Below are positions 53,681-64,000 of a DNA stretch of 64,000 bases, in pieces. The position numbers were made by a program, and so were the translations under genes. The notes under the pieces are model-generated. The model was not told the origin of the DNA. It saw only the letters and a list, made by a program, of their open reading frames with translations, and made no database searches. Within the stretch, counting starts at the first letter, position 1, and the number at the start of each line of letters is the position of its first letter. This stretch comes from Moniliella sp. 'wahieum' (Eukaryota): contig RSEE01000099.1 of the NCBI GenBank assembly GCA_003971905.1, positions 1 through 64,000 of the forward strand. The letters run 5' to 3'.

Positions 53681-54640
53681 TTACAGACCGTAGCCAGCAA
53701 TGACATCCTCGAATGTGGGCTTCAAAGAGTCCCGCGTCGGAGCTGGAGTGGCGTCGGAGGCCGGAAGAGCAGATGCTGCCGCTTTCTTGTGCCCTACTTC
53801 GACCAAGCCGCCAATGATGAGGGTGCGGAGGGCGTCCCCAGTTAGCTGGAAAAGGATAAGGAACATGGTAAGCCCTTCTGCACAACATGAATAGGGAAAG
53901 AAATGCAAGAACATACCCCTTGAGGTGCAGTTGGCGCGTCCGCCTTGGCGGCTGCAGGTGCGGCGGGCACGTTCGGTGTAGCAGGGCTGGCCCCACCACC
54001 ATACAGGGTAGCCACACCGCGTGGGGAGGGGTATACGTGCCCGTGGGTGACGAGGCTTCTCCAACGTACGCAAGTACATCTCCCTTTGTCAAATGGCCAT
54101 GAATCCCGTCCCCTTGATCTTGGTTGGGTCGTCAATATGCTTTTCGATGAGAAGACGAGCGACCGATGGCATATACGGCCCACCAACTGGCGAGCTCCTC
54201 CGTCTCCTTAGCAGCAGGTGGCGCTGGGGAGGGAGGAGGAGCGGGGGTTTCAGCAGAAGGGGGCGCGGCGGGTGTGGCATCTTCATCCTTTGGAATCTCA
54301 ATGTTGGACAGGTCGTCCCTCTTCGGCAAGGAGAGCAATGGTTTGTCCGACCGGCACATCCTTGCTCCCGTTGGGAACAAGAATCTTGGCCAGAACACCA
54401 TCCTCGGGCGCCTCAACGTCCATGGTGGCTTTGTCAGTCTCAATATCAAGCAGGACGTCGCCCTGGGAGTAAGACTGGCCCTCCTTGACCTTCCACTCTG
54501 CCAGACCGCCCTCGGTCATGGTCGGGCTCATGGCCGGCATAGCCATCTTGGTAATGGCTGCGCGCCGCGGCTGCGTGGAATGCACGGGTGGCGAAGCGTG
54601 GGGCCAAAGAGAGGCTGATGGCAGTGCGGGCAGCCAGCAT
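53681..54640 (-). CDS. PDX1: Pyruvate dehydrogenase protein X / E3-binding protein
   Basis: Mitochondrial presequence; lipoyl domain MPAMSPTMTEG...ETDKATMDVE; E3-binding MPSVARLL...IKGTG..TKGDVL; short C-terminus. Confidence 0.8.
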
Positions 54641-55334
54641 TGGGTCGATGGAAAGGGGACGCGCGGCAAGAAGGGTGGTGGTGGTAATGGGGAGGATGGG
54701 GCGAGTTGTGCGCACGGATCACCCACTGCCCCCGCCCCCACCCTCTCGGCGTCGACTGCGACCAGCCACAGCCTGCCACAGCACTGGCGAGCCGTTGCGC
54801 CCAGCGAGCGCCCTGCGCCTCAGCTTTCCGCCCCGTGCGGTTACTAATTAAATACAGCCGGCGGAAGTTACATAACCCAGCGTCACAGTAGTCCAGTGCC
54901 TGGGGGCGCTAGGGCGCTGTGACAGGGTGGAGTTGATTTCCGTGCCAAGTTGTCCGGCTGGATAGACGGATTTCCTCCCCGCGTCTTATCCATCTTGTCG
55001 ACCTTGAATCGTTGGCTCCTTTGGGCTTCCTTCGTCCTCTCGCCAGCTGCTAACGTTTGTGGCTTCGCTCAGATGATGGCACTTTCCGTGTCGCTCGTGT
55101 CCCGCCTAGCTGCCTCTTCGGGCTTGAATATGCACCGCTAATACACAAGCTAACGAGATGCCGTTACGAGGTGGTTCGGCATTCAGAGTGAGTGAAATGT
55201 CATTTTCGGTGAATCCGAAGCGATATTTCTGAACACGGACTTTTTTTCGTGTCCCGCTCATATAAAACTCGTTTGCGACGACTGGCGTGCTGGTCGTCGC
55301 CACCATCTCCACCACCCTGTCCGGTTCCCCAGCC

Positions 55335-56003
55335 ATGTGTGCACCCGACGCGCAAATTCGCCAGGCCACCATCAGCGTGTGACGGGGGAGACCAGCATTG
55401 ATCTCACCCTCGCTCTCGACACATCCCCTGCTGCGCCCCAGACCATCTCTATTGCCACCGGGATCGGGTTTTGGACCACATGCTCACTGCGCTCGCCAAC
55501 ATGGTGGCATGTCCCTGACGCTGAAATGCAAGGGAGACCTGGGTTGACGACCACACCTGCGGAGGACTGTGCAATTGCGCTGGGCGAGGCGTTCAAACAG
55601 GCTCTCGGACCTGTGCGCGGCATTGCTCGCTACGGCACGGCTTTGCCCCGCTTGACGAGGCGCTTTCCAGGGCGGTGCTGGACATTTCCGGGCGCGGGTA
55701 CTGTTTACGGACCTGCACCTTCAGCGGGAAAAGATTGGTGATCTGTCGACTGAGATGATCCCGCACGGTTCCAACTCATTTGCAACAGCAGCACATGTGA
55801 CTCTTCATGTGGATGTGTTGCGCGGGGAGAATGATCACCACCGTGCCGAATCGGCCTTCAAGGCACTTGCGCTGGCCATTAAGCAGGCCACCGCTCGCAC
55901 TGGATCGACTGATGTTCCCAGCACTAAGGGTATGTATGCGCGCTTCGAGTTTCTTCATTCCCTCGAGCCGATGCTGACACGTGTTGCTGTAGGTGTGCTA
56001 TGA
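55335..56003 (+). CDS. HIS3: Imidazoleglycerol-phosphate dehydratase
   Basis: [46 protein letters not shown]-[intron 55930-55992]-VL*. TATAAA at 55261. Confidence 0.93.
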
Positions 56004-56320
56004 GCCTGGCAAGTGAATGGTTGTTGTTGGGGGGAGGGGGAAGCACTGACGTGGGGGCGTTATTTACGTCGATCTGCTTCTGCTTTACGCCAAAATATGA
56101 GCCCCATAAGTCAAGGATACTCATTCCATCTGTTCTTTTGGCAGTTCGTGTTGTTATCATGCAAGACGAGATGCTTCGCCGCCATTCATTGCGCCTGGTA
56201 TAAATGACGAGGGAAGCAGTGGCTCAACAAGTGTAGCCAATGACAGCAATTTACACGGGGCTCATAAAGAGAATGCTTCAAAGGAGGAAACGATGAAGGT
56301 GGGAGGGCAGGGTATGGTGT

Positions 56321-57021
56321 TCATGCACTTATGGGGTCAAAGGGCGAAGGCAGCCCCACATAGGTACTCATCGTACCCGCTGGTACCAACCAGGAGCCAA
56401 GTGCCGTAACGGTTACTATTGCGAATAGCTCATGTGCATCAACATCCGTTTCTGAACGACAGAGCCAAGACAACGTCAGTACCTGGGCCAGAGCAAAACA
56501 GAGGACAAGAATACTGGGGTCCGATAGATGAGTGCTGGCGGCAAAGCCGATGGAGGGCTTGGACTTGTTCGTCTGGCTGTAGGTCTTATGGGAAGCATGT
56601 AGAAGCAAAAGGCAGGGACGAAGAGGAATTAGACGTTGGTGAGGGGCCAGTGAGGAGGGGGAATCAAGTCTTGGCTTAGTGGTTGTTGTGGGTGGGTCAT
56701 GTCAATTGAAGAAGAGGTTCCGGGGGAAGACAGATGACAGGGCGTAACTCGCCAAAACTTATCGGTGGTGGTTGGGACCAGGGATGAAGGTGATGTCCTC
56801 GCCCGTCCTGGGGAGAGCCGGATTGTAGGGAGAAGGAGTGGCGGAGCTGGCGGCGCAGCCGAAGCGGCAGGTCTGGAGAGGGTGGGCCTGGAAGCTCGGG
56901 TTGGGCCCCCACTGTGGGCTGCAGGGCTAGAATATGCATCTTCTTCGTGCAGGCATGCAAGAGGTATAAACATTCGCAAACGCGCCAAGGACCAGGGCGT
57001 AACGCCATCGGTTGGGTCCAT
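56321..57021 (-). CDS. Hypothetical small membrane protein
   Basis: ORF pieces with two C-terminal hydrophobic helices; no family recognised. Confidence 0.35.
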
Positions 57022-58872
57022 TGGGTGGAGAAAAGGTGAATGGAGAGGGGGGGGCACACTGCGCGCCGCGATGCAAACGCTTGCCAAGCGGGAGAGAAGC
57101 AATCGAGTCGAGGGATAGGCCCGTGGAAGTGGCGCAAATCCCGTGTCGACCTCGCCGAAGCCCCGCTTGCGTGCAGGAACGGGGCGGGGTGGGAGGTACC
57201 GGTGCGGGATTCATTGGTACCCTGGGGGGGAGAGGAGAGTGGGAGGGAGTGGGAGTGGGGCGGAGAGGGTGCAGGAGAGCAGGAGGAGCAAACGCTGCGG
57301 CTGAGAGACGATGGCACGTGCAGACAAAAAAAGAGGGATGGCAGTGTGCAAGCAGTGGGGTTGGGCCGGGCGGGGTGGCCTGGTGGCTCGTGTTGGGGAG
57401 GGGGCAGGAAGATGGAGGGGTGGTGGGGGAGCCGAGGGGTCAGTCCGCCTGCTGCTGCCTTGCATCATGGTACTGCTGGTACCCCCGCGCTAGTGGCATG
57501 CCACCCACCATGAGTTCATGCCGTTCAACATTCATGGCTGCGTATCGGACTAGGACTCACTAGTCATAGTCACTGCGCTGACGCTCACAGACAGAGTCAC
57601 TGCTGGTACTCACTAGTCAGATGGCCAGCACTCTCTCGTCGCTCCGTCTCATTGATACGGTCCACGCTGGGGCGAATGAGTCGATGATTTGGATGCTCAA
57701 TCAGTAATCAGCGACATTGGCAGACCTGGTGGGGATGGTCGATGGGCTGGATGGGCAGGATGGCCTGGGAGGGCTTGGGAGTGAAGGATCGATGATTGAG
57801 CGCTGACGTTTCAAACCCGACAGGTGTACTGGCCTAGTGCGCCTGAACAGAGGCACGGAGAGTTTGTATTTCATTTGTGCGTGCGCTGGGAGCGCTGAGC
57901 GCGCTGAGCCTCCGCGCTGAGAGGCGCCCAACGCCACGTGCAGGTGACCTTGAGACACCAGGTGTGACACGTGACTGTCACGGGACCCCATGCTGGCGCT
58001 GCTTGCGCTTGCGCGTGGATGCCGTGCGCCAGGCCGCGTCGTTGACATGTGGGCGCTGCTTCGTTTGAAATTGGATGGCGGTTTGCCGTCTGGAAATTTG
58101 ATACCGGGTAGTACGGCAGGGGCGGCATGCATGCTCTGCACCATGTACCGGCCGCCTGGACTCGCTACCCAGCCAGTCTCTCTGCCCTCGTTCTCGCGTC
58201 ATCGATCATCGATCATCGATCATCTCCGACGCGCAGAAACCCAACACACTATCCACCGCTCCACAGACACGGAACGCTGCAATGCAGCGTTGCATGGGGG
58301 CACAGCCTAGTAGCCGGTTTGAAGCAACGCTCGGTCCATACATGCCATCCATACACAGACCCCACCTCAATCGTTTCGCCCCGTCGCGCATAGTTTGGCC
58401 AAAAATCACCGGGCCTACCGCCGGGTCTGGCGGGGTCTGGCTACGTACGGCCGGAGGGTGGTACATGAGAGCACTGCGACGCCTTTGCAACGCCGGGAGA
58501 AGCGGCTGCGTCGGCTGCTGGAACAAGCAGAACGCGACAACAACGCCAAGTGCCACAGGGACGCACCCAAGCGCCATTTCCCCCTTGGGTTTTAACGGCG
58601 CGAGGAAACTACGCCACCAAGACGGCGGGCAAGATGCTTGGAAGAGCTGCAAGGAAACAACGTTTAACTACTGAGTCTCAGATCTCAATGGAGATGGTTC
58701 ACCGGGTTCACCGCTCGGATGTCTACCACGTTCATCCGTATCCACAAGCGCTACCTCGGGTATTATGGGGACGGATGGTGGGCACCAGAGGGTCCGGATC
58801 TCTTGACAATTCCCTGGTTCCTTAAACGGGGTTTTGGCGCTAACAAGCAACACACGCCGGATGAACGGGTCG

Positions 58873-59003
58873 GTTTAGGCGCACAGGGCTTCTTTGTCCC
58901 AGCCTCAATTAAGCTCTGTCAACGATATGGTTACGGTATATAGTTTAGGCGCAGCTTTCCTTGTCCCAGCCTTAAGCTCGGTCAATGATATGGTGACAGT
59001 ATA
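58873..59003. repeat. Imperfect ~65-bp tandem duplication
   Basis: GTTTAGGCGC...TTGTCCCAGCC..TTAAGCTC.GTCAA.GATATGGT.AC.GTATA at 58873 and 58943. Confidence 0.85.
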
Positions 59004-59619
59004 GAGATACCCCCGCTTTTCATTATGTGAATCATTCCACCGTGCGCGATGCTACTGGAGGAGACAGAGGATCGTGCAGTTAGCCCTGGTTGTCATGGAG
59101 TGAGTCCCGAGGTAGACCCATCTCATGCATCACCCCTGTTGGTGACGGGTACAAACCCTCGGGCGGCCAATCGGCGCCACGTACTACCGAATGTCCGGCC
59201 CGCAGATCCTGGTTGAACGGTGAACCGAGCGGGTGTAGAGGCGAGGGAGAGACCCTCTAGTTTTTAGGTGGCTGCCTGGGTGCCAAGGCCGCAGCTCAGT
59301 CCCTCCGAGGTGGGAGCAGCGTACGCATACGTCTTCAGACTAGTTGAAGGGGTCCAGGAACTCCGGGATAACGTGGGTTAGCTGGGGTGTTACCACACTC
59401 GACGCGCTGTACTAATATAGACAGAATCAGACGGAGTCCTAACGATGAAGAGCAAGCGCTAAGTACTGAGAGTAACCGCGCGGCTTGCAGTGTAACCGAC
59501 GCGAGTCGTAAATTGGTAAGGGTGGAAGAAGATGGAAGGGCGAAAGAGAAATGGAAAGGTTAGAACGGGGACAGGTGTATCAGGGTGAACAGGTGAGCAT
59601 TGCATGTGTAACACGATGG

Positions 59620-60445
59620 TCGATAAGGACCCATAGGCAACATCAAGCCTTGATGCCTCTGCCTAGTTTCGGACTTCCTGAGGTCACTACGTTTTTGGAA
59701 GACGTGTTCCCATGCCTAACCCCCATTGGAGCCACCAAGTCTACTTTTTCTCCAAAAGCACCGCCATATGCACAGGGGAATTACGAGTATTTATCTCGTA
59801 TACTCTCAACATGGTCATCGGCGTTGCCGCGTCGCTTGCTGTCGTTGTCTGGCGCTATACCTTGACGAATCACTGGCAGGATCCCTGTTGGAATCCATTT
59901 GATCCAAGGTGTCGCTTACGGTATGCTCTGGGACTGGGACTTAGTGCGCACCCTTTCCATCACGGGCGGCCTGCTCATGTCCCTCTCCGACTCGCTTGCT
60001 GTGCAAAAGAAAAAAGGCCAACGGCTATTCGCTGGCCTGCCTTACTCGCTCAAAGTCAGTGAAAGTGACAAAAATCACTACCTTTTTGACCTCTTCGCTG
60101 GCAGTGTACTGCTTGTCTTCCTCTCTTCATTGGGTTCGCCTTTCCTGGCGAGTGGGGCTTCGTGCGTGCCATCACACCATCGTGTTCCGTCGGGGTGCTT
60201 GCGCCATGGTTGCCATCGGCTTCAAGACGCGCTGGTCAACCTCTCTTTTCTCGTCTTGCTTCACTCTCCCTTTTCAATCTGAGGCAGTCGACAGCTTTTG
60301 GTCAGTCAACAGTTACGACTTTTGCGTTATAACTGTTTCCTAACTCTTCTATTCATTGAAGGTGGCCTCCTGCTATTGGCCGCATCATGGTTTCTCGTCC
60401 ATATACTCGATTGACGAGAGAAAAAGGCAGCTTAAGAATAAGACG
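59620..60445 (+). pseudogene. Decayed SURF4/Erv29 ER cargo receptor copy
   Basis: Fragments TFLED, IQGVAYGMLWDWDLVRTLSITGGLLMSLSDS, FAGLP, AG.VLLVFL, CAMVAIGFK..WS, YDF, YSIDERK, with many stops and frameshifts. Confidence 0.75.
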
Positions 60446-61436
60446 CTCGCCTCGGATAATGGACCTGGGGTTTTTGTTCCCCTTCATCGTTGTCGATTAT
60501 CACCGCGTAGCATGATGGTTACCCCTCCTGTCTTGCCCTTTTGGCCGTTACCCAAGGGGTCCAACCGTTGGGAGGTTTGAAGCATCGAGCTGCTCACAGC
60601 TAGCGGACCGAAACTTGAGTTATGCGTTGTGGCGGTGCCCTCGAGGCTAGTATAACCCTCCTTTCTTCCTCCGTTGTCTGCTTTCCAAAGCGATTGCTTC
60701 CTAGACTGTATGGATCATTTTTGGCCAATGTTTGACTGAAGAACACATTGATGTTATGTTTCTCCGATGCAATCGTAGATGGGGTGGCGCGCATACAGCT
60801 CATGGCTTGCGGCTTGGGGATACAGGCACATTTCTGCAATTTCTTTTACTGCACATGGCAAGGTACATATACAGGAAAGAAGTCGACATATCTGACCAAG
60901 ATGGAGGTGTATACCTATGCGAAAATGAGTTTTGTGAAAAGACGCTTCAGTTCCCTTGTCCGTGCTGTCCAATGTTTCCAGGCGGTAGACCGACATGAAT
61001 ATCCCTTTAACGCAGTATGGACAGGCTCAAAATATGACCTCCAGACTTCTTTCAACCCAAGACCTGAGGCTTCGGTATTTCCCCCTCCCCTACAGGCCAT
61101 ATATCTGGGCGCCGGCACACCCCCTATATAGTGGCTCTCCCACGTTGAACGGGGTCATGAGCAGACACAAGCCGGACAGATCGATCGTCAACAAGTCCAA
61201 TCGAGATGGCCGTGTTGACCGTTGCACGTCCGACGTTGACGTGATGCTGAAAGAGGTTGCTGAGAGCGTGATGGTTCTGCGATGCCAACCATGTGACCTA
61301 TAAAACCTCTTTGGCAAATATACGCTACTTCATTGTGGTCTTGTCAGCACTGCCCATTCAACACTTGATCATTGGACAAACAAGCATAAAAGTTTGAGAT
61401 AATTCGCTGGGTTTGCGGCCTTGACCAACGATGAAC

Positions 61437-62434
61437 TTATGTCGTCATCTCAACATAGACGTTCACAGTGTAGATGAAGCAAATGAAAAACGTAAAGCCC
61501 ACACCACGGTAGAGCGAAGCAGTTCCTTCCTCAGCCACCATCGTGCGGAGACAATCGACCAAGCCTGAATACATGGCACGCTGCGAATGCTGCCCAGCCG
61601 TGGTGGGCAGAACCAGGACCGAGCGCGGGGTGACGATGGTCTCGCCATTGCTCACGGTTTCCTCGGGCTCCGACCCAGTTTCGAGCCCTTGCACCGCGAG
61701 GCGGACAAGTGCCACCTCGAGGGGAGTAGCAAGTGCCATAAAGATAGCGAAGAGCGCAACAAAGCGTACTACCCCCAAGCGGTGACCCGGTAGCTTGGGC
61801 CGAAACCTAAGAAGACAACTGCACGCGGTCCGAGCGCAAGCAGAACCATATACAGCCAGTAGGCCGCCCAAAAGCCCGGTAGGGCATAGATGCGATAAAA
61901 CTTGGATGCACCCGGCAGCAGATCCGCCCACGTCGTACGCGGAGCCTTGCGATGGACAATCGCGCGCGCCCCTAGCACACGAAAGCCACGTCCCCGAGGA
62001 CAACCAAAACAAGGAAAACAACGAGGAAGAGGCAAGCAAAGATCAAATGTAGGGGGAGGTGAGCGAAACCAACTCAAGCACCCCCATTGCGACAAAGTAG
62101 TATGCGAATGCACCGGCAAAAGTGATCCATCCCCCGGCATAGAGTGCCCGCCACCCAGCGAGACGCTTGGCACGGCGTAGCATGCCCCATATCGTGGGTT
62201 GGCTTGTATAAGTAGGAGTGGGGTGTCCTCAGCGGGCAGGGCAACGCTCTGGGGCGCGTAGCTGGCGCGCGCACGGACCACGGAGCTGATCCACGGCTGG
62301 ACCAATCCCACGCCCAACCCCGTCGAAAGTGAAGCGGCCACCAGAACGGCAAGAATGTCACTGATAGTGCTACTATCGCCGTCGGCCGTGAAAGTCGTCG
62401 TCCCCAGAAGGGAGGGGAAGTTGATGAGGTCCAT
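61437..62434 (-). CDS. Mitochondrial carrier-domain protein (divergent, frameshifted)
   Basis: PLEVALVRLAVQ (PxD/ExxK/R motif) and YSGLVDCLRTMVAEEGTASLYRG. Confidence 0.7.
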
Positions 62435-62876
62435 CCTCCAGGTGGTGGTAGGTGGCGAACAGGCCTCAGGCCGTCTCCTGCCCCCTCTCAGATCTGGGTC
62501 TCAGGGGGCATGACATGTGACATGTGACAGCATGGTTACGCTGCGCTGTTGCGCGTTACACGCGTGACGTCATTCCATCCAATCATGCCCAACGCTACAC
62601 ATCGGTGATTAGTGCCTAGTTGCTAGTCGTGGGTCGTTGCCTGTGTTGCCGGGTGGAGGCTGGACGTCGGTGGACCGAAATCTGGCCTGCTTCCTGTGAC
62701 ATGTGACAGCGGCCGGTGCCAGTTGCGCTGGTAGGTGGGAATAACAACACAAACAAGCAGAATTGGTACACAATGTCGTCGGAGAGACGGGCGCGATGTC
62801 CGAGTTGGGCGCGGTTCCCTCCTCATCGATCATCCCCAAATCGTCGGCACTGCAGTCGCCCGTGCCACCTCATCCC

Positions 62877-64000
62877 TGTCAGACTCACGCCGTGCTAGGG
62901 GCCCCTTGGCCACTAGACCCGTATGGGCACTATGGCGTGATTCTTATCAGTTGGGAGATCCTGTGTCCACCTCTCGACTGTGCCCCCTTCCTGAGGAGGT
63001 CATATACCTCCTCTGCGTCCATATATGTATGCAATCCATCTGCGCCCTTTCCCCCATCTCCGTATCCTGACAGGTTATGAGCCCACTCAGCGCTTCCAGG
63101 CTCGCGAGCCCCCGGCGGACATCTCTCCTCGGCCTCGCCGCCCTCCTCCCCCCGCCCCCGATGTCCGCCCGTCCGCACGGCACACTGCCGCTGTGCGCTG
63201 ACTTCTACCAGGACGCCTTGCAGGTCGGCGTCAGGCCCCTCACCCCCCCCCCGTGGCCGCTGTCCCCCCACGCGGACCCCTCCCGCCACGGCGCGTGAGC
63301 CGCCCCTTCCGTTCCGGAATCCCCTACCCCTGGCCTGGCCGTGACCGACGCTCGCGCCCTCGTCACCGCCACTATTCAGGCCCTCCTCCCCTACCTCAAC
63401 TTCCCCGCCACCCCACCCCTGCTGCCCGCCGCTCCGCCACTCCCCCCTGCCACCACCACGGAGGCAACCCCGCGACGCCGCCTTCTCCGGCAGCAGTACT
63501 ACCCCATTCCTCCCGGACGTCATTGCCCCCAACACTGCCGCCATGCTGTTCCCTCTCCCGGTCCAAGCACGCCGCCGCTGTTGGCCTCGCCTCACGTCCT
63601 CCCTCCTTACGGTCCGCCCCTTACTGCCCCCTCATAGGGCAGTCCCGCGGACGCTGCCAGCTCCGGCAGCCCCTCTTCCCCCATTTTCCCCCAAATCGCG
63701 CCTCGGGATCTCGTTTCCCCTGCCGCTCATCTCGGCCACCTCGCGCGTTCCCCAAGTAAGCCACTGACGCCTTCGGTAGGCACCTCGGTGCCACTTCTCC
63801 CCCCATTACCAAGGCGCAAAATTGCTTCGCCCCTTTGCCCCGCAAGCCCTGACCCGCTCGGTCGCTGCCCTGCTGTTCGGGATGCCATTGTTGCACGCGT
63901 CCAGTTATGGCATGAACGTGCCATGCATCTTCCCGTTCACAAGCTTCCGGGGCTCACCGCGGCCCTCTCACCCGCTGAGCGAGTTACGCACGATGACGTG
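62877..64000 (+). mobile_element. Ty1/Copia-type LTR retrotransposon, 5' part (runs off window)
   Basis: 196-bp LTR 62877-63072 with TGTCAG...CTGACA termini, immediately followed by GGTTATGAGCCC (internal tRNA-iMet PBS typical of fungal Copia), then a Pro-rich gag-like region. Confidence 0.8.

Noticed and set aside
56096..56272. TATGAGCCC-like motifs as additional Copia PBS
   Set aside because: They lack the GGTT start and have no adjacent TG...CA LTR.
58282..58830. Short ORFs as a gene
   Set aside because: No recognisable domain and fragmented frames; cannot be supported.

Overview
Gene-dense, GC-rich eukaryotic DNA from a basidiomycete fungus, most likely Ustilaginomycotina. The aldo-keto reductase closely resembles, from recall, Moniliella/Trichosporonoides erythrose reductases. 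About 22 protein genes are recognisable: NCBP3-like, Zn2Cys6 TF, NDUFA12, MSC7-like ALDH, histone H3, SLC43/FMP42-like MFS, TMEM135-like, AKR, SH3+TBC, chitin synthase, ARF6, PEX11, LRR, heparinase II/III-like, SET/MYND, MSH2, PDH protein X, HIS3, a mitochondrial-carrier-like gene and three hypothetical genes. There are also three intron-containing tRNAs (Asn, Val, Ile), a complete 1.39-kb non-coding LTR element (TRIM-like, CGGCG target duplication), the 5' end of a Copia element and a decayed SURF4/ERV29 copy. Most ORFs are broken by single-base indels typical of an unpolished long-read assembly, so gene ends are approximate. The most striking unexplained signal is a pervasive intergenic 7-bp-period pattern, (T-N-A + 4-nt palindrome)n. 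It uses at least 10 different palindromic cores and keeps phase when the core changes. Other notable items are an H3 with S75/W78 next to K79 and a TBC domain lacking both catalytic fingers.
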